A stretch of 64,000 bases of DNA from Dehalococcoidia bacterium. Its GTDB lineage: Bacteria > Chloroflexota > Dehalococcoidia > Lucifugimonadales > UBA2985. Location: assembly GCA_963580875.1 (NCBI GenBank), contig CAUZMC010000002.1, positions 6,865-70,864 of the forward strand. Reading direction: 5' to 3'. How positions within the stretch are numbered: the stretch's first letter is position 1; each line of letters starts with the position of its first letter. Of the stretch, positions 7,750 to 17,173 are shown piece after piece. The notes below the pieces were generated by a model, which saw only the letters and a program-made list of their open reading frames with translations, was not told the DNA's origin and did no database searches. The translations under genes were made by a program, and so were the position numbers.

Positions 7750-8517
7750 ATGCGTGCAAACAAGATAAAGGCCCTATGGAAAGAGGGCACGCCGGCTACG
7801 GCCGGGTGGCTCTCATCTGGAAACCCATACATAGCAGAGGCGATGGCAAACTCTGGCTACGATTCAATCATTATAGATATGCAGCATGGTATGGGAGTGA
7901 CGTCTGACAAAGCAATTGCATGCCTTCAGGCAATATCCACAACCGATACCGTGCCGATCGTTAGGGTACCATGGAACGATCCTAAGGAAATTCAATTCGT
8001 TTTGGATGCAGGGGCGTACGGGATAATCATTCCACTGGTTAATACTTATGACGAAGCTGTCCAGGCGGCTGGAGCATCCCGCTATCCACCACTGGGATAT
8101 AGAAGTCTTGGTCCAAACCGTGCACCGTTTTACGCAGGAGACGATTATTTTCAGCATGCCAACGAAGAAATCATCGTGCTGGTGATGATTGAGACTGTAC
8201 GTGCGGTTAACAATCTGGAAGAGATTGCCAAAGCTCCTGGCATAGACGGCTTCTACATTGGTCCATCAGATCTAGCGGTTTCATTAGGTATCCCGCCTGG
8301 ACCAACCGCTGCCGCCGACCCGCGGCATGCTGCTGCCTGCCAGCGAGTGGTGGATGTTGCCAATGCCTCTGGACTGATTCCATGTCATCACGGGTCTGGG
8401 CCGGATGAAGCGGTGCTCCGTTTTGCACAGGGTTTCAAGATGTGCCAATTAGGTAGCGACGTTGGTATGGTAAGGGCTGGAGCCGCGGCGGCGTTGAAGA
8501 CGGTTTCTGAAGGCTAA
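7750..8517 (+). CDS. HpcH/HpaI-family class II aldolase (2-keto-3-deoxy-acid / 4-hydroxy-2-oxo-acid aldolase)
   Basis: 255 aa, with GAAGGAGG upstream. N-terminus LWKEGTPATAGWLSSGNPYIAEAMANSGYDSIIIDMQHG and the block IETVRAVNNLEEIAKAPGIDGFYIGPSDLA are typical of the family. Confidence 0.85.
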   Translation: MRANKIKALWKEGTPATAGWLSSGNPYIAEAMANSGYDSIIIDMQHGMGVTSDKAIACLQAISTTDTVPIVRVPWNDPKEIQFVLDAGAYGIIIPLVNTYDEAVQAAGASRYPPLGYRSLGPNRAPFYAGDDYFQHANEEIIVLVMIETVRAVNNLEEIAKAPGIDGFYIGPSDLAVSLGIPPGPTAAADPRHAAACQRVVDVANASGLIPCHHGSGPDEAVLRFAQGFKMCQLGSDVGMVRAGAAAALKTVSEG

Positions 8518-8591
8518 CCAACTCCTTAGTTAGAGTTTCTGATTGGTGCTTGTGGCAATATAGTCTATTTTGGATATATAATATTGTATAT

Positions 8592-8679
8592 GCCGAAGTG
8601 GCGGAATGGTAGACGCGATGGTCTCAAAAACCGTTGGGGTGAAAGCTCCGTGCCAGTTCGACTCTGGCCTTCGGCACCA
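8592..8679 (+). tRNA. tRNA-Leu (anticodon CAA), class II long variable arm, 3' CCA encoded
   Basis: Acceptor is GCCGAAG/CTTCGGC, anticodon loop CTCAAAA, long variable arm TGGGGTGAAAGCTCCGT, T-arm GCCAG-TTCGACT-CTGGC. The sequence ends with ACCA. Confidence 0.92.
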
Positions 8680-8905
8680 TTTCTAGCTAAGTAAGGTGGC
8701 ATGGATTAGTGCCACTCCCACTAGGCGCATTGTTTGAGACATACTGGAAGTATGGGAATACCCTTATTCATTAGTTTGTCGATCTGACTCCCCTTGTAAA
8801 CCGATAACATTGAGCGGTGGTGCGTAAAACGCAGTAAATCACTGGCCGGTATAGTAATATTTTCCATGACTACGAGGTCTTGTTTCACTAGGGTATAATC
8901 GCCCT

Positions 8906-9457
8906 ATGGATAACCTGTCAATTTCTCAAATTCTTACAGTGTTTGTACTTGCTCTGTTGGTATTGGGGTTACTTAATCTCACTAACTGGGTCAACAAAAA
9001 ATGGGAATTCGGTCTGCCATTCGTGAGATTTTCCAAGCCGATGGACGAGGGAGATAATAAGGAAATCCATAGGGAACATATTGCAGATGGCAACAGTTGG
9101 GCGTTTTCCAAACTTGCTACTAGGATATCTGTAGATACTCGGGGGCTGTATCCAAGGCATGGAGAGGAGAGGGATTGGAGACGTGGAGGAGAGCTAGTCC
9201 CTGGCAGGACCTTCGCAATTGTCATAGGCATTGTATGCATGGCTATAATATTTAATTTTTCGGCGATTAGCCACGTCTGGGGATATCTCGTGTTGTTGGG
9301 CTGTACAGCAGTAGCAGGTCGGTATTGGAAGGATAGAGTAGTAATTCAATCAATATTTTGGCTGTGGATAGCAATCCTCGCCATCCTTTCATTGTTGCTT
9401 ATAACTCAATCATTTTGGGCTCCGTGGGATATCAATTCTCTTTGGTATAAATGGTAA
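8906..9457 (+). CDS. hypothetical integral membrane protein (orphan)
   Basis: 183 aa with an N-terminal hydrophobic helix (ILTVFVLALLVLGLLNL) and three C-terminal hydrophobic segments. I recognise no family. It lies between tRNA-Leu and the decayed tRNA-Leu copy. Confidence 0.45.
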   Translation: MDNLSISQILTVFVLALLVLGLLNLTNWVNKKWEFGLPFVRFSKPMDEGDNKEIHREHIADGNSWAFSKLATRISVDTRGLYPRHGEERDWRRGGELVPGRTFAIVIGIVCMAIIFNFSAISHVWGYLVLLGCTAVAGRYWKDRVVIQSIFWLWIAILAILSLLLITQSFWAPWDINSLWYKW

Positions 9458-9804
9458 CCACCCATACCCCTTTTGTATTTCAGGTCAGTCATGGATATCT
9501 ACCCTAGACCAACTAATCATCTAAACCATATCCTCATTCCAGCAAGCCTCTATCATAACAGTTGCAACAAAGGCAAACTGCCGATAATCTAAGAGAAACA
9601 GAATCATACAAGATAAACACACACTCAACCTGGAAACCTAGTTCGCGATTTGACCACCACTTTGACTCCCACTTTAGCCACGGATGTCGTTGACATTCGC
9701 TCAGAGGATGCTGCAGTCCGTGAGTGGTTCCCAATAACTAGCCACTATCTAAGCAACGAACGTTGATGGTAGTATAAAAATGTGTGTGGATAAGGGGCAA
9801 CGAA

Positions 9805-9861
9805 TTCAAAAGCCGTTACGGTGAAACTTTCGTGTAAGTTCTACTCTGACCTTCGACACTA
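9805..9861 (+). pseudogene. decayed copy of the 3' two-thirds of tRNA-Leu(CAA)
   Basis: An ungapped alignment of 9805-9861 to tRNA-Leu positions 8623-8679 (anticodon loop to CCA) gives 44/57 identities by my count. The T-stem pairing is destroyed, so the copy is not functional. Confidence 0.6.
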
Positions 9862-10023
9862 CATTATATCCAACACCATAACTGAATCCATTAGCCTCGT
9901 ATCCTATGTGAGTATAGTGAATGACCCATATCACCTGACATGGAAGATATGGTTTTTATTTACATGGAAAACATTCCTGTACTATGAAACACCTAATTGT
10001 AATTGCTATTGAAAAGGAGCTTC

Positions 10024-10785
10024 ATGGAGTTATTCAGCATCGAAGGCAAAACGGCTCTTGTAACAGGATCATCTGAAGGGATCGGGTTTGTTCTTGCCAA
10101 GGGATTGGCTGAAGCAGGTGCGCGCATAATCATAAATGGTAGAGACAAAGATAAACTATCCGCTGCTGCTAGAGTACTTCGAGAGGAGTATGGTCTAGTA
10201 GATGAACTCGCTTTCGATGTGACGGACCATAAACAGGTACGACAAGAAATCGATTATTATCACAAGAACACTGGGCAGATAGATATCTTGGTGAATAACG
10301 CTGGCATGCAACATAGGGGGCCTCTAGAAGATTTCCCTGCAGATATGTTTGAAAAATTGATGCGAACCAACGTCTCTTCTATCTTTAATGTTGGACAGGC
10401 TGTTGGCAGGCATATGATAGAACGAGGCAATGGGAAAATAGTGAATATAGCTTCTGTTCAATCAATGCTTGCTAGACCAGGTATAGCCCCATATACAGCA
10501 ACAAAAGGTGCGGTCGTAAACATCACAAAAGGAATGGCCACGGATTGGGCCGGTAAAGGAATCCAAGTTAATGCAATAGCACCGGGGTATTTTGAAACTC
10601 GGTTAACAGCTGACTTAGTTGCTGATCCAGAGTTTTCAGCATGGCTACAAAAGCGCACTCCAGCCGGTAGATGGGGCAAGATGGAAGAACTAATTGGTGT
10701 TTGCATATTCTTATCTTCTTCTGCTTCCAGTTTCGTGAATGGGCAAACAATATTCGTAGATGGGGGCATCACTGCTTCTTTGTAG
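10024..10785 (+). CDS. idnO: gluconate 5-dehydrogenase / 5-keto-D-gluconate reductase (classical SDR)
   Basis: Track ORF starts at 10003. The ATG at 10024 has AAGGAG upstream. The sequence is colinear with E. coli IdnO as I recall it: FS(L/I)xGK..L(I/V)TGS..GIG, NNAG, YxASKGAV, IQVNxIAPGYFxT, RTPAxRWG, FVNGxxxFVDGG. Confidence 0.8.
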   Translation: MELFSIEGKTALVTGSSEGIGFVLAKGLAEAGARIIINGRDKDKLSAAARVLREEYGLVDELAFDVTDHKQVRQEIDYYHKNTGQIDILVNNAGMQHRGPLEDFPADMFEKLMRTNVSSIFNVGQAVGRHMIERGNGKIVNIASVQSMLARPGIAPYTATKGAVVNITKGMATDWAGKGIQVNAIAPGYFETRLTADLVADPEFSAWLQKRTPAGRWGKMEELIGVCIFLSSSASSFVNGQTIFVDGGITASL

Positions 10786-10830
10786 GAACAAAGACGACGT
10801 AGATAAAAGATTATTCTATGATGCCAGTCC

Positions 10831-11328
10831 ATGACTAAGTTCATCATTATGGGAGTTTCAGGTAGTGGCAAATCATCCGTTGGTTTGGCTTTGGCCCGCG
10901 AACTCGGCGCCGTTTTTATCGATGGTGATGACATGCATCCCGAAGCAAACATAATTAAGATGTCTTTCGGGCGACCTCTAACTGATGACGATAGAAACCC
11001 TTGGCTACAGAGCATTGGTATGGAATTGAATAATAATATCGGCACTGTAATCATAGCTTGTTCAGCGCTTAAAAAAATCTATAGAGATATCATCAGGGAA
11101 ACTTCAGGGCAGTCAGTCATCTTCATACACCTCGCGGGGTCTTTTGAACTAATAGAGGATAGGATCTCCCATCGCATTGATCATTTTATGCCTGTCGGTC
11201 TTTTAAAAAGTCAGTTTGCGATCTTAGAAAATCCAGCAATCCCAGAATGTTTTATTGAAATTGATATAGCCAAATCTATTGAAGCTGTCGTTGAAGAGGT
11301 ATTAGACAATGTCAGCTTTTTACGCTAA
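10831..11328 (+). CDS. gntK: gluconokinase (GntK/IdnK family)
   Basis: 165 aa. P-loop MGVSGSGKSSVG is present, followed by FIDGDDMHP..N..KM..G.PL.DDDR.PWL and CSALKK.YRD, the thermoresistant-gluconokinase pattern. Confidence 0.85.
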   Translation: MTKFIIMGVSGSGKSSVGLALARELGAVFIDGDDMHPEANIIKMSFGRPLTDDDRNPWLQSIGMELNNNIGTVIIACSALKKIYRDIIRETSGQSVIFIHLAGSFELIEDRISHRIDHFMPVGLLKSQFAILENPAIPECFIEIDIAKSIEAVVEEVLDNVSFLR

Positions 11329-11454
11329 CAACATGCTTTCGCAAATTGACAAATTCAGTGCGATGCACGATAGGGATGCCGAGTCGCCGCCGAACGTAAC
11401 ATGCACAACCCTCTGTAGATAGGATGGCTATTTTACTTTTGGAGGTAGTGAGTT

Positions 11455-11646
11455 TTAGCTGGGTGAATCTTCATTGCCGCGGGCGAGAAGGGCTCCGAAC
11501 AATGGTACCAAGATTGTGATGATTAATCCTAAAACAATGGTTGTTTCGTGGCCAACTGCTAAGAATATCATCCCGAGAGTTATCATTACTGTGGCCACGC
11601 CAGCAGTTGCTGCTAGGGGCAGTATGAGAGGGAGGAAGCCATTCAC
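11455..11646 (-). CDS. small hypothetical membrane protein (two predicted TM helices)
   Basis: 63 aa. GTG start with AAGGAG 7 nt upstream. The sequence is almost entirely hydrophobic (LPLILPLAATAGVATVMITLGMIFLAV...VLGLIITILVPLFGALLA). Confidence 0.45.
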   Translation of the reverse strand: MNGFLPLILPLAATAGVATVMITLGMIFLAVGHETTIVLGLIITILVPLFGALLARGNEDSPS

Positions 11647-12100
11647 GGTATGTCTCCTTGTAATCTAAAGTCGTATTCGGTGATGCATCAAACTATGACG
11701 CCACAATATCGCTCCAATATTTTACCCTATTCTAACTGTTGATACCACCTGGCAATCCAATTTAATGGTTTTGATATCCTATTGTATGAATTTAGATTTG
11801 ATATGATGCTCTGGGCGTGTTTCTTGCCAGATACATCAGAGATGAAAAGGCTTCCTTCGATGACTTTCTTGCTAAGCCATAGTGTCAGCACCTCCATGAT
11901 CAACATGTAAGCACCTGCTAACTGCATTAATTTGGCAGAAACCGATGTAGTTTGTAATGTATGTGGAGATATGCTCTAACTATGAATAATTTGAAGCCTT
12001 ATATATGTTGACCGTGTTTTGTGCACGGACTAAAATTGGGGCAAGTCTTTCTGGCAACTCACGTATCGTCGTAGTGATAATGGCAAAAAGATAGGGAGGG

Positions 12101-13054
12101 ATGTCAGTCGTGGCCTTTGAAGAAAATCTGGATGTTTTGGTCGATAAAGCGCAACCTCTGCATGCTGCAGACCTAATGAGCCTTTCGAATATGGCTCAAG
12201 AGGATTTAACGCTCTTGCGTGATGCGTGGCATGGCATAGATACAGGCCGGAAAGAAGAAGTATTGGGGAAGCTAATAGATATATTAGAGACCAATTTGGA
12301 TGCGGATTTTAACGATCTCTTCCGATTTTGTCTCGGCGATGAGAGCCCGGATGTGAGGGCTAAGGCAATAGAGGGCTTATGGGAGTGTGATGACCGTATT
12401 CTGGTGACTATGCTTATATCTCTGTTAGAGCATGACACGTCTGAAAATGTGAGGGTGGCAGCAGCGATGACTTTGGGTAAATTTGCTGTTCTATCGCAGA
12501 GTGGGAAGATGCTTGCAAGAGATGGGGAGCGTATCAGAGAATTACTGATGAAGACCGTTCAGAATGCCGATGAGAGCCAGGAGATCAGGCGGAGAGCTAT
12601 GGAGGCTGTGGCTCCGTTCAATACATCTGATGTTAAACAAATCATTGAAAAGGCTTACAAAAGCGACCAGATAGAAATGAAGTGCAGCGCCGTGCATGCC
12701 ATGGGAAAGAGTTGTGATGTCCAATGGCTGCCGGTAATCCTGGAGGAGTTGTGCAGTCCTCACGATGCCATGAGGTACGAGGCATCAAATGCCTGCGGTG
12801 AGTTGGGCGAGGAGCCTGCTGTGTCTTATCTGATACCGCTGTTTGATGATGATGACCATCAAACGCAGCTATCAGCCATATTTGCCGTAGGTGCCATTGG
12901 TGGTAGCTTGGCGAGGAAGGCCCTGCTGCACTGCCTAAAGTCTTCAGACGATATGGCCGTGGATGCTGCTCGGGAATCGTTGGAAAGCCTAGAATTGGGC
13001 GGTGAAACGATGCACTTTAATTCCGATGCTTATTTCCCGCGTTCTAGCCATTGA
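12101..13054 (+). CDS. HEAT-repeat (PBS-lyase-like) protein
   Basis: 317 aa with GGGAGGG upstream. Repeated D/E-x-x-VR-x-x-A-x-x-x-LG units are present (SPDVRAKAIEGLWE, SENVRVAAAMTLGKF, QEIRRRAMEAV, DAMRYEASNACGELG, HQTQLSAIFAVGAIG). Confidence 0.75.
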   Translation: MSVVAFEENLDVLVDKAQPLHAADLMSLSNMAQEDLTLLRDAWHGIDTGRKEEVLGKLIDILETNLDADFNDLFRFCLGDESPDVRAKAIEGLWECDDRILVTMLISLLEHDTSENVRVAAAMTLGKFAVLSQSGKMLARDGERIRELLMKTVQNADESQEIRRRAMEAVAPFNTSDVKQIIEKAYKSDQIEMKCSAVHAMGKSCDVQWLPVILEELCSPHDAMRYEASNACGELGEEPAVSYLIPLFDDDDHQTQLSAIFAVGAIGGSLARKALLHCLKSSDDMAVDAARESLESLELGGETMHFNSDAYFPRSSH

Positions 13055-13233
13055 GAAACCAGTTGTCCAGCTCCTAGAAGAGAGGCATCGTTTTTCAGCA
13101 CGAGAGTTACAACATTTTGCAGGATGGGTGTAATATAGTTTGCAGGTAAGTTATGGTATTTCTGTACATTACCTTCATTCTCAAGAAGGCATTTAACTTA
13201 TATAATAAATTTCAGTGCGTGCCATCGTAGTAT

Positions 13234-14205
13234 ATGAGAGGAATCGTGAACGAAAGACAAGTAGAGGATCTACTGATAATAGGGTCAGGACCAGCGGGGG
13301 ATACTGCAGCGCTCTATGCTTCCAGAGCCGAGCTTAAGCCGTTGGTTATTGAAGGTGCCACACCGGGTGGGCAGCTTACAATAACGACTGATATAGAGAA
13401 CTACCCAGGGTTTCCAGAGGGTATTCTTGGACCTGACCTAATGGTAAAGTTCAAGGCGCAGGCGGAACGATTTGGTGCCAGGTACGTCAATGGGAATGTG
13501 ACTGCTGTGGATTTTTCACAGAGACCATTCCGAATAGAGGTTGATGAGGAAAGCTACTACTACGCCAAGACGGTTATAATCGCTTCCGGTGCCACCGCAA
13601 TGCTCCTGGGAGTTCCTGGCGAGGCGGAACTTATGGGACGCGGTGTATCGGCATGTGCTACCTGTGATGGGTTCTTTTTCAAGGAGAAGGAACTAATTGT
13701 TGTAGGTGGTGGTGATACTGCGATGGAAGAGGCGACATTTCTTACTAAATTTGCCAGTAATGTCTACATTGTCCACCGTCGTGACCAGCTACGCGCCTCA
13801 AAGATAATGCAGGAGAGAGGTTTTAGTAATCCCAAGATAAGCTTCATCTGGGATACTGTGGTGGAGGAGATACTAGGTGTCGAAGAGGGAGAGGTAAAGA
13901 AGGTTAAACTGCGTAACGTTAAGACCAATGAAGTCATAGAAAGACCCATAGATGGTGTCTTTATGGGTATAGGGCATAAGCCAAACACTGAACCGTTTGC
14001 GGGTCAGCTAGAGATAAACGAGGCCGGGTATATTGTTACCCACGACGGGACGCACACCAGCGTGCCGGGAGTTTTTGCCGGTGGCGACGTGCAGGACTGG
14101 GTATACCGGCAAGCCATAACTGCCGCTGGGACTGGTTGCATGGCAGCCATCGATGCGGAGCACTTCCTGACGTCGTCCCAGGGACAGGAAGCGAAGAGTA
14201 GATAG
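13234..14205 (+). CDS. trxB: thioredoxin-disulfide reductase
   Basis: FAD motif IIGSGPAGDTAALYA, redox-active CATCDG, NADPH motif VVGGGDTAMEEA, and the C-terminal GVFAAGDV. Confidence 0.92.
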   Translation: MRGIVNERQVEDLLIIGSGPAGDTAALYASRAELKPLVIEGATPGGQLTITTDIENYPGFPEGILGPDLMVKFKAQAERFGARYVNGNVTAVDFSQRPFRIEVDEESYYYAKTVIIASGATAMLLGVPGEAELMGRGVSACATCDGFFFKEKELIVVGGGDTAMEEATFLTKFASNVYIVHRRDQLRASKIMQERGFSNPKISFIWDTVVEEILGVEEGEVKKVKLRNVKTNEVIERPIDGVFMGIGHKPNTEPFAGQLEINEAGYIVTHDGTHTSVPGVFAGGDVQDWVYRQAITAAGTGCMAAIDAEHFLTSSQGQEAKSR

Positions 14206-14230
14206 TAACTCTATATCTGAGCCCCATATC

Positions 14231-15649
14231 TTGAAATCCTTGTCGACTTCACAAGCTGGTTCCAGTCCCGTTGTCTATGAACTGGGGCAGATTTCACATC
14301 CTGCTCAACTTTTCTCATCGTTCCAAGATATGCCAAGCCCTGCTCTGCTCGATGGCGCAATGCTTGGTGCGTCTGGAAACCGTTATTCCTACCTTACGGC
14401 CGATCCGTTTTTGGTAATTCGCAGCCGCGGTCGCCAGATTACTTTTGAGCATGACGGCATTTGCGATGAAGTGGAAGATGACCCGTGGTCAGTCCTCCAG
14501 GGTTTTTTGCGGAGATACCGCACGGCACAAATCCCAGGACTGCCATCTTTCCAGGGTGGGGCTCTCGGCTATTGGGGTTACGACTTGGGTAAGCATCTTG
14601 AACGACTGCCCTCGCTGGCGTACGATGACATTCAGGTGCCTGAAATGTACCTTGGTCTGTACGACTGGGCTCTGGCCTATGACAGCGATACCAACCTGAG
14701 TTATCTGTTCTCGACGGGCTTGCCAAACGGCACATTGGAGCATGCCGAGGCACGTGCCAAGGTGATAATGGATCGCCTTGAAAGAGAACCGCTGGTAGCA
14801 CGCCCATCGGAATTCAATGTCCCGGCATCTTTGAAATCCAACTTCACAGTGTCTGGGTATGAATCCGCTGTCGGACGCGTAAAGGAGTACCTGGCTGCTG
14901 GAGATTCTTATCAGGTAAACTTGTCGCAACGATTTCAGGCTCCATTTGAGGGGGATCCGTGGAGTCTCTATCTTAAACTGAGAGAGTTAAATCCTGCACC
15001 ATTCGCTGCGTACTTGAGTTTTCCAGAGCTAAGTGTGCTCAGTGTTTCGCCAGAGGAATTCCTGAATCTTGAACAGGGACGTGTACGCTCGCGACCAATA
15101 AAAGGTACACGGCCTGTTGGTGCAACTTCAGTTGAGACGGCACGGTACTCTGAAGAACTGTTGGCAAACGATAAGGAACGGGCAGAAAATGTGATGATTG
15201 TGGACCTGATACGCAATGACCTAGGACGTGTATGTAATATCGGTTCAGTGGAGGTGACAAGTCTGTTGGAATTGGAGCAACATCCAACTGTGCTTCACCT
15301 AGTTTCCACAGTAATCGGAGAACTACCTTTGTCCGCTGACGCGGTCGATCTGCTGAAGGCGTGCTTCCCAGGAGGGTCTGTAACTGGAGTCCCAAAGCTG
15401 CGGTCCATGGAGATCATAGAGGAGTTGGAGACTGTACGCAGGGGCGTTTATTGTGGTGCAATCGGCTATATCTCTTTTGGAGGTGACATGGGTACCAGTA
15501 TCGCAATTCGTACTCTTGTTCTTACTGGCGGTCAGGTTTATCTCCAGGTTGGTGGAGGAATAGTGGCCGACTCCGATCCATTGGCGGAGTATCAAGAAAC
15601 GCTGCAGAAAGGGAAAGGGCTTCGCCTCTCGCTTGGTTTCCAAGAATAA
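14231..15649 (+). CDS. pabB: aminodeoxychorismate synthase component I (anthranilate synthase component I family)
   Basis: 472 aa with a TTG start. Chorismate-binding blocks are present (SPEEFL, RPIKGTRPVG, DKERAENVMIVDLIRND, GGSVTGVPK, RGVYCGAIGY, IAIRT). It is immediately followed by a class IV aminotransferase-fold gene. Confidence 0.85.
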   Translation: MKSLSTSQAGSSPVVYELGQISHPAQLFSSFQDMPSPALLDGAMLGASGNRYSYLTADPFLVIRSRGRQITFEHDGICDEVEDDPWSVLQGFLRRYRTAQIPGLPSFQGGALGYWGYDLGKHLERLPSLAYDDIQVPEMYLGLYDWALAYDSDTNLSYLFSTGLPNGTLEHAEARAKVIMDRLEREPLVARPSEFNVPASLKSNFTVSGYESAVGRVKEYLAAGDSYQVNLSQRFQAPFEGDPWSLYLKLRELNPAPFAAYLSFPELSVLSVSPEEFLNLEQGRVRSRPIKGTRPVGATSVETARYSEELLANDKERAENVMIVDLIRNDLGRVCNIGSVEVTSLLELEQHPTVLHLVSTVIGELPLSADAVDLLKACFPGGSVTGVPKLRSMEIIEELETVRRGVYCGAIGYISFGGDMGTSIAIRTLVLTGGQVYLQVGGGIVADSDPLAEYQETLQKGKGLRLSLGFQE

Positions 15650-15650
15650 T

Positions 15651-16511
15651 ATGACTGCTATTGTCTATATAAATGGGCGCTTTGTTCCGGAAACAGACCT
15701 AAGTTTATCGCCATTGGACAGGGGATTCACCATGGCCGATGGCCTTTTTGAAACTATGGTGGCATCTGGAAATAGGATATTCCGTCTGAATGACCACATG
15801 TTACGCCTACAGCGTGGTGCAGATGTGCTGTATATACCCCTGCCTCCTGTTGAAGGTTTGATGGATGCCATGCGAGAGAGCTTGCGACGCAACGAATGTC
15901 CCCATTCCGTCGTGCGACTTACAGTCACACGTGGTATAGATCCGGGTCGGGGACTGGACGTGACGCTTGGTATAGCACCATCTGTAGTAATAAGAGTAGC
16001 CCCCTGGCACGGGGCGTTGGACTCATTACCTCCAGGGCGTAATCTGGTTCTCTCACATATACCACGTAACAACCTCTCTCCGCTAGCGAGTATAAAGTCG
16101 CTTTCATACGTAGATGGTGTGCTGGCTCGCCTTGAGGCCCGCCGTTCTGGAGCGGACGACGCACTGGTGTGCAATACGCAGGGGTTCTTGACAGGAGCGA
16201 CGTCGAGTAACGTTTTTGTTGTGATGGATGGAAATGTGATTACTCCTTCTCTGAGTGACGGCATTTTACCTGGTATGGCAAGGCGCACAGTGCTGGAAGA
16301 GGCGAAGCGCATAGGGGTCTTTATAGAAGAACGGTCGTTGACGTTGGATAGTATTATTGGAGCAGAGGAGGTTTTTTTGACTAATGTCGTGACTGGAGTT
16401 GTACCAGTTGTCTCATTATTTGGATCCAGCGTTGGTTTGGGTACGGCAGGTCCAATAACTGGACAGTTGGCAAGCGCTTATTGGGATCGTGTGGCTTCTG
16501 AGTTATCATGA
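15651..16511 (+). CDS. pabC: aminodeoxychorismate lyase (PLP fold type IV aminotransferase family)
   Basis: Track ORF starts at a TTG at 15633. The ATG at 15651 follows the pabB stop by 1 nt. Fold-type-IV blocks are present (DRGFTMADGLFET, RLTVTRG, IKSLSYVDGVLA, ILPGMAR). The pabC call rests on the pabB adjacency. Confidence 0.75.
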   Translation: MTAIVYINGRFVPETDLSLSPLDRGFTMADGLFETMVASGNRIFRLNDHMLRLQRGADVLYIPLPPVEGLMDAMRESLRRNECPHSVVRLTVTRGIDPGRGLDVTLGIAPSVVIRVAPWHGALDSLPPGRNLVLSHIPRNNLSPLASIKSLSYVDGVLARLEARRSGADDALVCNTQGFLTGATSSNVFVVMDGNVITPSLSDGILPGMARRTVLEEAKRIGVFIEERSLTLDSIIGAEEVFLTNVVTGVVPVVSLFGSSVGLGTAGPITGQLASAYWDRVASELS

Positions 16512-16686
16512 CTTTAACTTGTTGGTTATTGTGCATGGAATGGAAATCTATATAACACATAAAATGCAAGAGTATTGTAATGAAATTACAAAGAGGCCAT
16601 TCCTTCATAAAGTGCCTATGCTATTGACATAATTCGTACCATGTTTTAGCATAAATGAGCGTAAACATCGTTAAATTGGAGCAATT

Positions 16687-17127
16687 ATGGATGGATTAGA
16701 CGGAAAAATTATTGGAATACTTCAGCAAGATGGCAGAGCGTCTAATGCCAAGATAGCACGAGAGTTGGATGTTAGTGAAGGCACTATCAGGCGTAGGCTG
16801 AAGCGATTGATAGAAGATGAAGCCATTCAGGTGCTGGCTCTTCCAGAGCCGTCAAAGCTGGGATATGGCACCGAAGCTATCGTTGGTCTTCAGGTGGATC
16901 CCGGTAAGATAGAGCATGTGGCTGCTGAGCTGGCCAGTGCACCACAAGCCTTGAACGTTTCCATTACCACTGGTGCATTCGACCTTTTTGTGTGGGTGGC
17001 ATTGCCATCTTCGGAGGAACTGCACAACTTTCTTCTGACTGTTGTTGGAAATATAGAGGGAGTTAGGCGAACTGAGACTTTCGTTATCATGTCAGTGAAG
17101 AAACGCACCTTTGCGCCGGTGTTTTGA
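16687..17127 (+). CDS. Lrp/AsnC-family transcriptional regulator
   Basis: 146 aa. N-terminal HTH is LDGKIIGILQQDGRASNAKIARELDVSEGTIRRRLKRL. A C-terminal RAM-type domain follows. Confidence 0.88.
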   Translation: MDGLDGKIIGILQQDGRASNAKIARELDVSEGTIRRRLKRLIEDEAIQVLALPEPSKLGYGTEAIVGLQVDPGKIEHVAAELASAPQALNVSITTGAFDLFVWVALPSSEELHNFLLTVVGNIEGVRRTETFVIMSVKKRTFAPVF

Positions 17128-17173
17128 GCCGTAAATTAAGAGAAACAATACATTTGAATGAGGTTTTTGCTTA

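Noticed and set aside
11727-11927. A 66-aa minus-strand ORF lies in the gene-poor 11.3-12.1 kb stretch.
   Set aside because: I could find no SD, no motif and no clear hydrophobic or structured pattern. I cannot support it as a gene, although the 770-bp low-density region itself may be part of an acquired segment.
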